A DNA stretch of 63,997 nt, filler included, from an uncultured bacterium (GTDB lineage Bacteria > Auribacterota > CAZIXI01), in NCBI GenBank assembly GCA_964543115.1. It is 6 parts of 6 records of this genome, joined end to end, with 100 filler letters (N's around TTAATTAATTAA, not from the genome) between each part and the next. Parts side by side here need not be neighbours in the genome. Positions count along the whole stretch, not along the records: positions 1 to 11,294 come from CAZIXI010000105.1; 5 more parts are not named here. One strand, written 5' to 3'. The notes beneath the pieces are model-generated. The model was not told where the DNA came from. It saw only the letters and a list, made by a program, of their open reading frames with translations, and searched no databases. A program made the position numbers and the translations under genes. Positions 1-10,386 of this stretch are shown in pieces. The first letter of the stretch is position 1. Each line of letters opens with the position of its first letter.

Positions 1-162
1 GCTGTTACAAAATTAAAGAAACAGCTGGAAAGCTTTGCGGAATCGGATGTATTTTGGGACGAAATAACGGAAATAAAAAAGGTATCTTCTCCAGAGTGGG
101 TCTACGATCTTTGCGTTGCGGATAATCATAATTTTGTTGCTAATGATTTTATAGTACATAAT
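1..162 (+). other. C-terminal part of an intein inserted in SMC Walker A motif
   Basis: Frame 1 from base 1 reads ...FAESDVFWDEITEIKKVSSPEWVYDLCVADNHNFVANDFIVHN then T-NIVDSVRWVLGEQSAKSLRG. This matches intein blocks F/G (VYDLxV..HNF.AN..IVHN) with Thr as the +1 nucleophile, followed by the SMC sequence that comes after GK. Confidence 0.92.
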
Positions 163-3100
163 ACTAATATTGTTGACAGCGTCCGTTGGGTGCTTGGTGA
201 GCAAAGCGCTAAGAGTCTCCGTGGAAAACGGATGGAAGATGTAATTTTTCATGGAACTGACAATCGTAAAGGCGTAGGGATGGTAGATGTTTCACTGGTT
301 GTTGATAATGCCGATAAGGCCCTGCCGCTGGATTTTTCCGAAGTGACTATTTCCCGCCGTATGTTCCGTTCCGGTGAGAGCCAGTATTTCATTAATAAAA
401 ATCTCTGCCGTTTGCGTGATATTGACAACTTGTTCATGGATACGGGTGTGGGTACGCGGGCTTATTCTGTTCTTGAGCAGGGAAAAATGGATCTAATCCT
501 CAGCTCTAAACCGGAAGACCGTCGTTTTGTCTTTGAAGAAGCGGCCGGGATTACAAAATATAAAGAAAGGAAGCGAGAGGCCCTGCATAAACTGGAAATT
601 ACCGAAAGCAACCTGGTAAGGTTGAACGATATTATTAAAGAGGTTGGCAGGCAGATCGGAGCGATGGAAAGAAAGGCGGCTAAGGCCAGAAGGTATAAAA
701 GGGTGCAGGAAGAGTTTAAGGGATTGGAAGTAAAGATGCTTTCTTCGCAGTTCCATAAGCTGCAGCAGGAGAAAAATGAGTATAGCAACAGGAAAGAGGA
801 TACGGAGAAAGAAGCGGCCCGGATGCAAAATGCCATAATGGAAAAAGAAGAAGAAGTGGCCGCGCTGAGAAAAACTCTTCAGCAATTGAATCAGGATGTT
901 ATTGCTCTTCATGAAGGAAAATTGGAAGCGGAAACGAATCTGGCTACCAGCCGGCAGCAGCGGCAGTATAAAAAAGAGCGGATTGATGAGTTACAAAACA
1001 GGAACAGCGAGATAGAAGCGGAAGTAATCCAGCTAAGCAGGGACATTGAAAACTGGCAGCGCCAGCTGCAGGAGGCAGAACAGGAATTGGCTGAGGCGGC
1101 GGAAACCCGTTCTTCGCAGAAAGAGACAATGCAGGCTAAGCAGCAGGAGATCAATCAGTGTAACGAACGCGTTGAAAAACTGACTGCCGATATAAATGAT
1201 AAGCGGGAAAATCTCCTCCAGGCAAACGCTAACGGGTCTCAGCTGAAAAATGAGCTGGCCCGGGCAGACATGGAGCATAAGGATTTGATTTTGAAGGAAA
1301 GGCGGCAAACGGTTGAGCTCCAGCAGAGGCGCAAAGAAGCGGAAAAATTGGCGCGGGAGATTGCTGAGACAGAGGGAATTGTCCGGAGTCAGCAGCGTTC
1401 CCTTTACAGCTTAAGACATACAATAAAAGATCGTGAAGAGAAAATGCTGTTGTTGAAGGATGAAGCGGTAAAGGCCCAGGGCAGGGTGCACGAACAGCAG
1501 CAGCAGCTTTCGGAAAAACGGTCATGTTACGAGATATATTCTAAGCAAAAAAGGTCGCTGGAGGGATATGCCGATGGCGTCAAGATGGTCTTACAGGAAA
1601 AAGAGCGTTTTCCGGGAGTGCTGGGCACGGTTGGTGAGCTTATCAGGGTGCCGGTGGAATACAGTCTCGCCGTTAATGCCCTGTTGGGTGAACGCGCGCA
1701 ATGGCTGGTGTGTGATTCTCTGGCCAATGCCCGGCAGGCCGCTCTTCTTTTACATCAGCATTCCGTTTCCCAGACAACTTTTGTTATTTTAGATTTACTG
1801 GAAGAGGTGCCGCCTGTTTTACAGGAGCAGTTATCTTTTGAGGGATCTTTCCCGGCGTGTACAGTAATCGGGGCGGAAGACAGTTGTCAGAAATTAACTA
1901 ATTTTCTTTTTGGCCGGGTGGTAATCTGCCCGCAGATTGCTGTAGCGGAAGAGATTTACCAGCGGTTGGCGCTTGTCGCGGTTACCCGGGACGGACTGGT
2001 TGTCGGTTCTCCGGGTATTGTTAAGGCCGGCAGAGGGATTGAAGGCGCTATTAATCTGATTAATCGGGAAAGCACCATTGAGGCCCTTAAAGGGGAAATG
2101 GGCGTGCTCTCCGAAGAGATCATGGTTCAGACACAAAAGAAGAAGATGATTGAAGATAGACTTAAGCAGGAAGAAGGTCAACTTGAGGGCGCCCGCAATA
2201 ATCTTTACCGGGAAGAGATTAGCCTGGCGGTACAGGAAAATGATCTGCTTAAATATCGTTCTACTCACAAACAGTTATTGGATACGGTGGAAACAATAGA
2301 AGTGGAATTAAGCGAGCTGAGCGGCCGGAAAGAAACATCCGCCCGGAAACAGACGGATTGGACAAAATCACTTGAAGATAATGAGAAACTTAACGGCATG
2401 CTTAATCTTGACTACAAGAATATGACCGAGGAAATGTCACGCGTGGAGCAGGAGCGTAATCTAAAGGAGCGTGAGTTTACGGAATTAAAGATTAGATTGG
2501 TTGGCGCCGAAGAGAAAGAGAACCATCTAGTGTTTAAACAGCAGCAGCTTCAACAGCAGATTAGCGGTTGTGAGAACAATCATAACAAAGTCCGGGCGGA
2601 ACGTGAGAGTAATAAAAACGCGATAGAAAGGTTAATTGCTGAGGCGCAAAGTCTGGAAGGGGCCATTGAAGGCTTGATGAGCCAGGGCCGGGAACAGGAG
2701 AGTAAACTGGTCGAAGTCCGGCAGCAAAGCAGCCGGAGTGAAGAAGAGCTGCGGCAAAAGGAAGAGTCTGTGCGCCGGGAACGGGAACAGCGCGACAAGG
2801 TAGGTACTCAACTCAATGAACGACAGCTGAGGCTCTCGGAGATTCAGCTTAAAATAGACGATATCACGAAAAAACTTCGTGATAATTACCATGTATCTTT
2901 GGAAAGCCTGCCGGAACCGGTTGTCGATAGCGCCGCGCTGGAAACATTGGAGCAGGAGATACTCACCATTCGTGACCGGTTAGAGTCAATGGGCGAGGTT
3001 AGTCTGGTAGCCATTGAAGAATATGAGGAAATGCAGGAACGATTTCAGTTTCTGACTACCCAGAAAGAAGATCTGGTTAATAGTAAAGATTCCCTGCTTA

Positions 3101-3615
3101 AGGCCATTGCCCAGGTTAATAAGACGACAAAACAGATTTTCTGGGATACTTTTCAGGCCATCCGTGTTAATTTTCAGGAGCTCTTTGCTAAGTTATTTGG
3201 CGGCGGTAAGGCGGATCTTATTCTTTTGGATGAAGCAGATATTCTGGAAAGCGGCATTGAGATTATTGCCCGGCCCCCGGGAAAGCGGCTGCAGAATGTT
3301 TCTTTGTTAAGCGGCGGTGAAAAGGCCCTGACGGCAATTTCTCTTTTATTTGCCATGTTCAAGGTGAAACCGAGCCCTTTCTGCATCCTTGATGAGATTG
3401 ATGCCCCGTTAGACGATTCTAATATTGATCGTTTTGTCGCCCTGTTAAAGGAATTTTCTCAATCAACGCAGTTTATGGTGGTTACCCATAATAAGCGTAC
3501 AATCAGTGCCGCTTCCGTACTTTACGGCGTAACAATGGAGGAGAGAGGTGTTTCGCGTGTTGTTTCCGTGAAGTTCAGTAAAAAAGAAGAATCTCCCCAG
3601 CCGACAGCGGCTTAA
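1..3615 (+). CDS. smc: Chromosome segregation protein SMC (5' partial, intein-containing)
   Basis: WVLGEQSAKSLRG, long coiled coils, hinge, LSGGEKAL signature, Walker B/D-loop FCILDEIDAPLDD, VVTHN. Frame is open to the window start. Confidence 0.97.
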   Translation, partial: AVTKLKKQLESFAESDVFWDEITEIKKVSSPEWVYDLCVADNHNFVANDFIVHNTNIVDSVRWVLGEQSAKSLRGKRMEDVIFHGTDNRKGVGMVDVSLVVDNADKALPLDFSEVTISRRMFRSGESQYFINKNLCRLRDIDNLFMDTGVGTRAYSVLEQGKMDLILSSKPEDRRFVFEEAAGITKYKERKREALHKLEITESNLVRLNDIIKEVGRQIGAMERKAAKARRYKRVQEEFKGLEVKMLSSQFHKLQQEKNEYSNRKEDTEKEAARMQNAIMEKEEEVAALRKTLQQLNQDVIALHEGKLEAETNLATSRQQRQYKKERIDELQNRNSEIEAEVIQLSRDIENWQRQLQEAEQELAEAAETRSSQKETMQAKQQEINQCNERVEKLTADINDKRENLLQANANGSQLKNELARADMEHKDLILKERRQTVELQQRRKEAEKLAREIAETEGIVRSQQRSLYSLRHTIKDREEKMLLLKDEAVKAQGRVHEQQQQLSEKRSCYEIYSKQKRSLEGYADGVKMVLQEKERFPGVLGTVGELIRVPVEYSLAVNALLGERAQWLVCDSLANARQAALLLHQHSVSQTTFVILDLLEEVPPVLQEQLSFEGSFPACTVIGAEDSCQKLTNFLFGRVVICPQIAVAEEIYQRLALVAVTRDGLVVGSPGIVKAGRGIEGAINLINRESTIEALKGEMGVLSEEIMVQTQKKKMIEDRLKQEEGQLEGARNNLYREEISLAVQENDLLKYRSTHKQLLDTVETIEVELSELSGRKETSARKQTDWTKSLEDNEKLNGMLNLDYKNMTEEMSRVEQERNLKEREFTELKIRLVGAEEKENHLVFKQQQLQQQISGCENNHNKVRAERESNKNAIERLIAEAQSLEGAIEGLMSQGREQESKLVEVRQQSSRSEEELRQKEESVRREREQRDKVGTQLNERQLRLSEIQLKIDDITKKLRDNYHVSLESLPEPVVDSAALETLEQEILTIRDRLESMGEVSLVAIEEYEEMQERFQFLTTQKEDLVNSKDSLLKAIAQVNKTTKQIFWDTFQAIRVNFQELFAKLFGGGKADLILLDEADILESGIEIIARPPGKRLQNVSLLSGGEKALTAISLLFAMFKVKPSPFCILDEIDAPLDDSNIDRFVALLKEFSQSTQFMVVTHNKRTISAASVLYGVTMEERGVSRVVSVKFSKKEESPQPTAA

Positions 3616-3676
3616 ATTATTAAACTCCGGTAAAAGACTTAAAAATAATCCCTAATCAAAAAAATATTATTTTATT

Positions 3677-4135
3677 ATGCACTGTGTAGAATTATTACGA
3701 TCAAAAGCCCTGTTTGGCGGACTTGACGATAAACGGCTGGAAAAAGTTGCCTCTTTTCTGAAAACGGATCACTTTAAAAAAAGTGAAGTTATTATCAGAG
3801 AAGCGGAGGCAGGCGACCGGATGTATCTGATTGTTAAGGGCAGCGTAGAGATCACTAAACACCAACCCGGTGATGTGGACGAAGAAGAGCAGTTAGCTAT
3901 CCTAAAAGAAGGAGATTCTTTCGGTGAAATGGAACTGATTGATATTCAGCCCCGCTCCGCTACCGTCAGAGCCCTAACGGATATAGAAACAGTATCATTG
4001 TGCAATAAAGACCTGCTGCACCTTTCCCAGGATGACCTGGAGGCCTTTTCCATCATTATCATCAACATTGCCCGCATAATCAGCCGCCGCTGCCGTAAAA
4101 TGGATAACCGGCTGGTATCCCTGCTGCATCAGTAA
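3677..4135 (+). CDS. Stand-alone cyclic-nucleotide-binding (CRP-like) domain protein
   Basis: EAEAGDRMYLIVKGSV ... GDSFGEMELIDIQPRSATVRA cNMP-binding cassette; no HTH follows. Confidence 0.85.
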   Translation: MHCVELLRSKALFGGLDDKRLEKVASFLKTDHFKKSEVIIREAEAGDRMYLIVKGSVEITKHQPGDVDEEEQLAILKEGDSFGEMELIDIQPRSATVRALTDIETVSLCNKDLLHLSQDDLEAFSIIIINIARIISRRCRKMDNRLVSLLHQ

Positions 4136-4192
4136 GAAGCTGCTAAACAAAAAGCATTGCCGTTCAAATAGTTATAGCTTAATTTTATCCTA

Positions 4193-4222
4193 TTGACCTT
4201 CCTCTGTTATATTTGCTAATAT
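4193..4222 (+). promoter_or_regulatory. Putative sigma-70 promoter of pur operon
   Basis: TTGACC-N18-TAATAT with TG extended -10 in an AT-rich intergenic region. Confidence 0.4.
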
Positions 4223-4279
4223 TTATATCTTCTACTAATATATAATTTAAATTAATTAATTAAAAGAAGAGAGGCTAAT

Positions 4280-5572
4280 ATGATTACAAGATATACCTTA
4301 GAGCGGATGGGGAAGATTTGGTCGGATGAGAATCGTTTTGGTAAATGGCTGCAGGTGGAGATTCTGGCTTGTGAGGCGCTGGCGGAGCAGGGTAAGGTTC
4401 CGGCTGAAGATCTAAAGAATATCAAGACGAAGGCAAAGTTCGATCTCGCCCGCATTGATGAGATTGAGCGGACGGTGCATCACGATGTTATTGCTTTTGT
4501 TACTTCCGTACAGGAATTCATCGGCGAGAGCGGCCGGTTTGTTCATATGGGGCTGACTTCCAGTGATGTTGTGGATACGGCGCTGGCGGCGTTGATGCAA
4601 GAAGCGGCGGATATTCTCATTGCGGATATGGATCAGCTGATAGAGGCGGTAGCTGTCAAGGCAAAGGAGTATAAGATGACTCCGATGGTGGGCCGCAGCC
4701 ATGGCGTGCATGCCGAACCGATTACACTGGGATTAAAATTCCTCTTGATGAAAGAGGAAATGCAGCGGGCGAAAGAAAGATTGCAGCGGGCGCGGTCGGT
4801 AATCAGTTTTGGCAAAGTTTCCGGGGCGGTGGGGACTTACGCCCATCTTGGTCCGGAGGTAGAGGAATTTGTCTGCCGGGGGATGGGACTGCAGCCGGCG
4901 CCTATTTCCACCCAGGTGTTGCAGCGTGACCGGCACGCGGAATATATGAGTATGCTGGCTTTGGTGGGGGATTCCCTGCAGCGTTGGGCGCAGGAAATAA
5001 GATCACTGCAGCGTACGGAGGTGCGCGAGGTTGAGGAGCCTTTCCGCAAGGGACAGAAAGGATCTTCGGCGATGCCGCATAAACGTAATCCGGTTATCTG
5101 TGAGCGGATCTGCGGATTGGCACGGGTTCTTGTTGGTTATGCATCCACTGCCCACCAGAATGTGGCTCTCTGGCATGAACGGGATATATCCCATTCTTCC
5201 GCTGAACGGGTAATTGTCCCTGACGGAACTATGGTGCTTGATTATATGCTGCATAAAATGACAGAAGTGATTAAGGATCTGCATGTTTATCCCGAGAATA
5301 TGCAAAAAAACCTGGATTTAACCAGGGGGCTGGTGTTTTCTCAGCGGGTACTGATGAAAATGCTGGAAAAGGGCCTTTCCCGCAACGATGCCTACAAGGT
5401 TATTCAGGATAATGCCATGGCCTGTTGGCGGGGTGAAGGGGCGTTATTGGAACTGTTGTTAAAGGACCAACGGGTAGGTAAATGTGTTCCGGAAAAGGAA
5501 TTAAAAGAATGTTTTGAGGCTGATTATTATCTGCGGTTTGTGGATGATATCTTCAAGAAATGTAATCTATGA
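4280..5572 (+). CDS. purB: Adenylosuccinate lyase
   Basis: HHDVIAF, GRSHGVHAEP, GSSAMPHKRNP fumarase/ASL signature. Confidence 0.97.
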   Translation: MITRYTLERMGKIWSDENRFGKWLQVEILACEALAEQGKVPAEDLKNIKTKAKFDLARIDEIERTVHHDVIAFVTSVQEFIGESGRFVHMGLTSSDVVDTALAALMQEAADILIADMDQLIEAVAVKAKEYKMTPMVGRSHGVHAEPITLGLKFLLMKEEMQRAKERLQRARSVISFGKVSGAVGTYAHLGPEVEEFVCRGMGLQPAPISTQVLQRDRHAEYMSMLALVGDSLQRWAQEIRSLQRTEVREVEEPFRKGQKGSSAMPHKRNPVICERICGLARVLVGYASTAHQNVALWHERDISHSSAERVIVPDGTMVLDYMLHKMTEVIKDLHVYPENMQKNLDLTRGLVFSQRVLMKMLEKGLSRNDAYKVIQDNAMACWRGEGALLELLLKDQRVGKCVPEKELKECFEADYYLRFVDDIFKKCNL

Positions 5573-6567
5573 AATATAAGGATGCCGGGGTTGATATAGA
5601 TAAGGCCGAGGTTTTCAAACGGAAGGTAAAGCAGCTTGTTCGCCGTACCTACAATAAATCTGTTCTTGCCGATATTGGGCTTTTCGGCGGTTTATATTCT
5701 TTGCCAAAAAAACATTCACAGCCTGTTTTGGTGTCTAGTATCGATGGAGTAGGTACAAAGACAATTATTGCCCGGTTAATGGGTGAGCATGAAGTGATCG
5801 GTTATGACATCGTTGCCCATGGAGCTGACGATATTCTTGCCCAGGGCGCCCGCCCGTTATTTTTCCTCGATTATATCGGTACGGCCCAGCTTGATAACCG
5901 GATTGCCATCCAATTGATCAAGGGCATGGTTAAGGCCTGCCGGGATGTGGGCTGCTGTCTTATTGGCGGGGAGACGGCCCAGATGCCGGATGTGTACAGG
6001 AGGGGGGAGTACGATCTGGCCGGCTGCATTGTCGGGCTGGTGGAGAGGAAAAAGATAATTGACGGTAGAAAAATAAAGCCGGGGGATAAAATAATCGGGT
6101 TACCCAGTACGGGATTGCATACTAACGGTTTTACTTTAGCGAGAAAGGTATTGTTGAAAAAATATAGGGTTAGTAGTTACCTGCCGGAATTAAAAACCAC
6201 AGTGGGCAGGGCCCTGCTGCGGCCGCATCGCAGTTATGTCGGGCAGGTCTTTCGCCTGGCGCAGAAGACCGGCATTAAAGGCATCGCCCATATTACTGGC
6301 GGCGGCTTAATTGATAATATTCCCCGGATACTGCCGCCTGGGGTAAATGCGGTGCTGGACCAGAAATGCTGGTCCGTTTTGCCTGTCTTTAAACTGATTC
6401 AGCGGCTGGGCCGGGTACCGGTGGAGGATATGTACCGCACATTTAATATGGGTATTGGAATGGTATTAATTGTGGATAAGAAAGCCAAGGTTAATGGCAA
6501 AATTATTGGAGAGGTAGTAAAAGGGAAACGGAAGGTTATAATTAATTCTGCAGGCGTGGGGCTGTAG
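5569..6567 (+). CDS. purM: Phosphoribosylformylglycinamidine cyclo-ligase (AIR synthetase)
   Basis: YKDAGVDID, DGVGTK, GGETAQMP, GLHTNGF, AHITGGG, RTFNMGIG; ATGA overlap with purB. Confidence 0.96.
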   Translation: MKYKDAGVDIDKAEVFKRKVKQLVRRTYNKSVLADIGLFGGLYSLPKKHSQPVLVSSIDGVGTKTIIARLMGEHEVIGYDIVAHGADDILAQGARPLFFLDYIGTAQLDNRIAIQLIKGMVKACRDVGCCLIGGETAQMPDVYRRGEYDLAGCIVGLVERKKIIDGRKIKPGDKIIGLPSTGLHTNGFTLARKVLLKKYRVSSYLPELKTTVGRALLRPHRSYVGQVFRLAQKTGIKGIAHITGGGLIDNIPRILPPGVNAVLDQKCWSVLPVFKLIQRLGRVPVEDMYRTFNMGIGMVLIVDKKAKVNGKIIGEVVKGKRKVIINSAGVGL

Positions 6568-6587
6568 AGGAAATAAGGAGAACGACT

Positions 6588-8183
6588 ATGGCAACTGTTG
6601 GGAAAGTTTTATTAAGCGTGTATGACAAAAAAGGTATTGTGGAGTTTGCCCGGGGGTTGAATGATCTGGGGATTGAGCTTATTTCTACCGGCGGTACGGC
6701 CCGTAAGTTAAAGGAAGCGGGGATCCCGGTTATGGCCATATCTGATCTTACCGGTTTTCCGGAAATGCTGGATGGCCGGGTAAAAACCCTGCACCCCAAG
6801 ATTCATGCCGGTCTGCTGGCCCAGAGAGAAAAACCTGAACACCGGCAGCAGTTGCTGGACCATGAAATTGAGACGATTGATATGGTGGTGGTTAATCTCT
6901 ATCCGTTTGAGGAAACCGTGGCCCGGCCGGAAACAAAACTGGAAGAGGCAATCGAACAGATAGATATCGGGGGAGTGGCCCTGCTGCGTTCGGCGGCCAA
7001 GAATTATAATGATGTGGCTGTTGTGGTTAATCCTTCAAAATACGAGTTGATTTTAGAGGAACTTAACAATAATGACAAATCCTTAACCAAGCATACACGC
7101 TTACGTCTGGCGTCGGAGGCTTTTAAGTATTCATCTTTATACGATAATCTGATCCATAATTATCTCCATAAACTTACCCAGCCCAAATCAGTGGATTTCC
7201 CGAATGAGATTACTATGACCTACGCTAAGGCCATGGATCTTCGTTACGGGGAGAATCCGCATCAGAAAGCAGCCTTTTACCGGGAGGTGCACAGTAAGGG
7301 GCTGGTTACCGGAGAGCCGCGAATCAATCTGGCCAAACAACTTCATGGCAAGCAGCTTTCTTTTAATAACCTGATAGACGCTGATGGCGTGCTGGCGGCG
7401 GTGAAAGAGTTTTCTGAGCCCACGGTGGTTATTGTTAAACATACCAATCCCTGCGGAATTGCTTCGCATAAGGATATCGGTAAGGCCTATCTCAAGGCGC
7501 TGGCCACAGATCCGGTAAGTAGTTTCGGCAGCGTGGTCAGTCTTAACGGGGAAGTGGATGACGCCGTGGCTCTAGAATTGAATAAACTCTACATTGAGGT
7601 ATTGATCGCGCCCTCGTATACGAAAGAGGCCCTGGAAATTCTTAAGCAGAAAAAAAATATCAGGATCATGCAGCTGCCGGAACTGCAGCAATGGCGCGAG
7701 CAGAAGAAAAACGAGTGGCGGCAGGAGATGGACCTCAAGAAGGTGTTGGGCGGGGTGCTGGTGCAGGAACGTGATGTTTTGGGTGAACCGGATGAAAAGA
7801 GCGTGAAAGTGGTCACGGAGAAAAAGCCCACAAAAGAGCAGTGGGCGGGACTGAAGTTTGCCTGGAAAGTGGTTAAGCATGTGAAATCAAACGCGATTGT
7901 TTTTGCCAAAGAGCAGGAAACTGCGGGCATCGGTGCCGGTCAGATGAGCAGAGTGGATTCGGTAAAGATTGCGGTGATGAAGGCCCAGAAACCGCTCGAA
8001 GATACGGTAATGGCCTCAGATGCCTTTTTCCCCTTCCGGGACGCGATTGATGAGGCGGCCAAGATTGGCGTGCGGGCGATAATTCAACCGGGCGGTTCGG
8101 TGCGTGATCAAGAAGTGATTGACGCGGCCAATGAGCACGGCATCGCGATGGTGTTTACGGGTGTAAGACATTTTAAACATTGA
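6588..8183 (+). CDS. purH: Bifunctional AICAR transformylase/IMP cyclohydrolase
   Basis: LLSVYDK, STGGTA, GRVKTLHP, LRYGENPHQ, SDAFFPF, GVRHFKH. Confidence 0.97.
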   Translation: MATVGKVLLSVYDKKGIVEFARGLNDLGIELISTGGTARKLKEAGIPVMAISDLTGFPEMLDGRVKTLHPKIHAGLLAQREKPEHRQQLLDHEIETIDMVVVNLYPFEETVARPETKLEEAIEQIDIGGVALLRSAAKNYNDVAVVVNPSKYELILEELNNNDKSLTKHTRLRLASEAFKYSSLYDNLIHNYLHKLTQPKSVDFPNEITMTYAKAMDLRYGENPHQKAAFYREVHSKGLVTGEPRINLAKQLHGKQLSFNNLIDADGVLAAVKEFSEPTVVIVKHTNPCGIASHKDIGKAYLKALATDPVSSFGSVVSLNGEVDDAVALELNKLYIEVLIAPSYTKEALEILKQKKNIRIMQLPELQQWREQKKNEWRQEMDLKKVLGGVLVQERDVLGEPDEKSVKVVTEKKPTKEQWAGLKFAWKVVKHVKSNAIVFAKEQETAGIGAGQMSRVDSVKIAVMKAQKPLEDTVMASDAFFPFRDAIDEAAKIGVRAIIQPGGSVRDQEVIDAANEHGIAMVFTGVRHFKH

Positions 8184-8189
8184 GTGATT

Positions 8190-8260
8190 GTAGGGGAGGG
8201 CCTCTGCCCCGCTTTGCGGGGCTGCCATTATAGGAATGGATATAGACTGTGCCCTCCCGA
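8190..8260 (+). repeat. GTAG-type REP palindrome interrupted by a 43-bp hairpin-tail element (8207-8249)
   Basis: Removing 8207-8249 regenerates gtaggggagggcctctgtgccctcccg, one mismatch from the intact copy at 9594-9620. CTG flanks the insert on both sides. Confidence 0.8.
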
Positions 8261-8274
8261 TTAAGGGTGATATT

Positions 8275-9546
8275 ATGAAGATACTTGTAGTCGGAAGCGG
8301 GGGCCGGGAGCATACGCTGGTTTGGAAACTGGCCCAGAGCAAACATGTACAAAAGATTTATGCGGCGCCGGGGAATGGCGGCATTGGTGAACTGGCTGAA
8401 TGTGTAAATATTAAGGTAGATGATCTAGCGGGGTTGGCGGATTTCGCGAAGAATAATAAAATAGATCTGACGGTAGTCGGACCGGAATTGCCGCTGGTGC
8501 TGGGGATTGTTGATGAATTCCAACGGCGGGGACTGGCTGTATTCGGGCCGTCCAGAGCAGCCAGTCAGCTAGAGGGCAGTAAGGTCTTTGCCAAGGAACT
8601 AATGCAGAAATATAATATTCCAACCGCCAACGCTCAGGTATTCAGTCACAGTAAGCAGGCGATAGATTATATTAAGCAGTGCGGCGCTCCTTGTGTGGTG
8701 AAAGCGGAAGGATTAGCGGCTGGTAAGGGAGTTAATGTTTGCTCTGAAGTCCCGGAAGCGATTACGGCGATTGAAGATATAATGGAGAAACAGATTTTCG
8801 GTGATGCCGGCCGCAGGGTTATTGTTGAAGAGTGTCTGCAGGGGGAGGAGGTTTCCATTCTGGCCTTCAGTGACGGAGAGACGGTAATCCCCCTGGTTCC
8901 ATCTCAGGACCATAAACGAGCCCTGGATGGTGATAAAGGCCCGAATACCGGGGGAATGGGGGCCTATTCGCCGGTAGCGGTATTTACGCCTGAGTTAGAG
9001 CAACGTATCCAAAGAGAGATCCTGGTGCCCACTATTCGAGGAATGGCCAATGAGGGGATTTCCTACCGGGGGATTATTTATGCCGGCCTGATGTTGACCG
9101 CTAGCGGACCCAAGGTGCTGGAATATAATGTGCGTTTTGGTGATCCGGAAACGCAGGTAGTGCTGCCTCGGATGGAGTCAGATTTATTGTTCCCGATACT
9201 GAGTACCGTTCATGGCGGCCTAAATCAGGTTCAGTTACGCTGGACCAAACGTCCCTGTGTGTGTGTGGTTGCGGCCAGCGGAGGTTATCCGCAGAAGTAT
9301 AAAAAAGATTTGCCGATTGAAGGTTTAACGGAGGCGTCTTCTCTGGCTGATGTGCTGGTTTTTCACGCGGGTACCAGGAGAGCTGAAGGCAAGTGTCTTA
9401 CCAGCGGCGGCCGGGTTCTTGGCGTTACCGCTCTCGGCAATACTCTGGATGACGCGGTTAAACGCAGTTACGAGGCGCTGGACAGAATAAAATTTCCGCA
9501 GATGCATTACCGCCGCGACATCGCCCGGCGATCATTAAAAATGTAG
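8275..9546 (+). CDS. purD: Phosphoribosylamine-glycine ligase
   Basis: MKILVVGSGGREH, QLEGSK, KAEGLAAGKGV, GPNTGGMG, EYNVRFGDPE. Start placed at ATG 8275. Confidence 0.97.
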   Translation: MKILVVGSGGREHTLVWKLAQSKHVQKIYAAPGNGGIGELAECVNIKVDDLAGLADFAKNNKIDLTVVGPELPLVLGIVDEFQRRGLAVFGPSRAASQLEGSKVFAKELMQKYNIPTANAQVFSHSKQAIDYIKQCGAPCVVKAEGLAAGKGVNVCSEVPEAITAIEDIMEKQIFGDAGRRVIVEECLQGEEVSILAFSDGETVIPLVPSQDHKRALDGDKGPNTGGMGAYSPVAVFTPELEQRIQREILVPTIRGMANEGISYRGIIYAGLMLTASGPKVLEYNVRFGDPETQVVLPRMESDLLFPILSTVHGGLNQVQLRWTKRPCVCVVAASGGYPQKYKKDLPIEGLTEASSLADVLVFHAGTRRAEGKCLTSGGRVLGVTALGNTLDDAVKRSYEALDRIKFPQMHYRRDIARRSLKM

Positions 9547-9620
9547 GGGAGGGCCTTGCGCCCTCCCGAACAGGGAGAAATAGAGGAAAAACAGTAGGGG
9601 AGGGCCTCCGTGCCCTCCCG
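9543..9620 (+). repeat. Two tandem GTAG-type REP palindromes (9543-9569, 9594-9620)
   Basis: gtaggggagggccttgcgccctcccga and gtaggggagggcctccgtgccctcccg: GTAG followed by an imperfect hairpin. Confidence 0.8.
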
Positions 9621-9637
9621 CGATAGAAGGAGGATTT

Positions 9638-10171
9638 ATGAAACCGTTAGTAGGTATTATTATGGGTAGTACGTCGGATTTGCCGATAATGAGTCAGGCA
9701 CAGGAAATGTTGACAAAGTTTAAGATTCCTTATGAAACTAAAGTTCTTTCGGCGCATAGGACGCCGGCGGAAACGATGAAGTATACGAAATCCGCGGCAA
9801 AACGGGGCGTTAAAGTGATTATTGCCGGAGCGGGCGGCGCGGCGCACCTGCCCGGGGTTATTGCCAGCCACACCAATCTGCCGGTTATCGGCGTGCCGAT
9901 CTATACCAAGGTTTTTCAGGGATTGGATTCATTTCTTTCGATTATGCAGATGCCGGGAGGTATTCCGGTAGCCACTATGTCCGTTGGCAGTGCCGGGGCA
10001 AAAAATGCCGCTATTCTGGCAGCGGAAATACTGGCGCTGGTTAAACCCCTCTATGCTAAAAAACTGGTTGAACATAAAAAGGAATTGGTGACTAAGGTAA
10101 AACAGTCACAGAAAAAGATGGATGCCTCGGATTATCGGGAGAAGAGGATCAGGAGAAAAATAGTCAGGTAG
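9638..10171 (+). CDS. purE: N5-carboxyaminoimidazole ribonucleotide mutase
   Basis: [41 protein letters not shown]. Confidence 0.96.
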   Translation: MKPLVGIIMGSTSDLPIMSQAQEMLTKFKIPYETKVLSAHRTPAETMKYTKSAAKRGVKVIIAGAGGAAHLPGVIASHTNLPVIGVPIYTKVFQGLDSFLSIMQMPGGIPVATMSVGSAGAKNAAILAAEILALVKPLYAKKLVEHKKELVTKVKQSQKKMDASDYREKRIRRKIVR

Positions 10172-10213
10172 CTATTTTTGCTGTGTGTAGAAAGTAGTGA
10201 TGAATCTTTTTTT

Positions 10214-10373
10214 AAAACGCAAAGATCGCAAAGTAAGCGCAGAGAACGCGGAGAAAAAAAGAGTTCAATAGTAAATTTAAAAAAAAACTTTGCGAAACTC
10301 TGCGTGCTTTGCGCGCTCTGCCCCAAGCTCTGCTTGGGACTGCTATTATAGGAATGGGTATAGACTGCGTTAA
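10214..10373. repeat. Inverted pair of ctctgcg/cgcagag repeats; right arm carries a 47-bp hairpin-tail insertion (10321-10367)
   Basis: Arms 10214-10253 and 10289-10373 resemble the uninterrupted pair at 59363-59510. The insert is flanked by CTG on both sides. Confidence 0.75.
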
Positions 10374-10386
10374 GAAAAACTATTCT

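Noticed and set aside
10309..10386. N-terminal extensions of tsaC (also purD 8236, trpD 63232, pilin 25772, 28098)
   Set aside because: The extensions run through repeat or UTR sequence; homology and RBS position favour the downstream ATGs.
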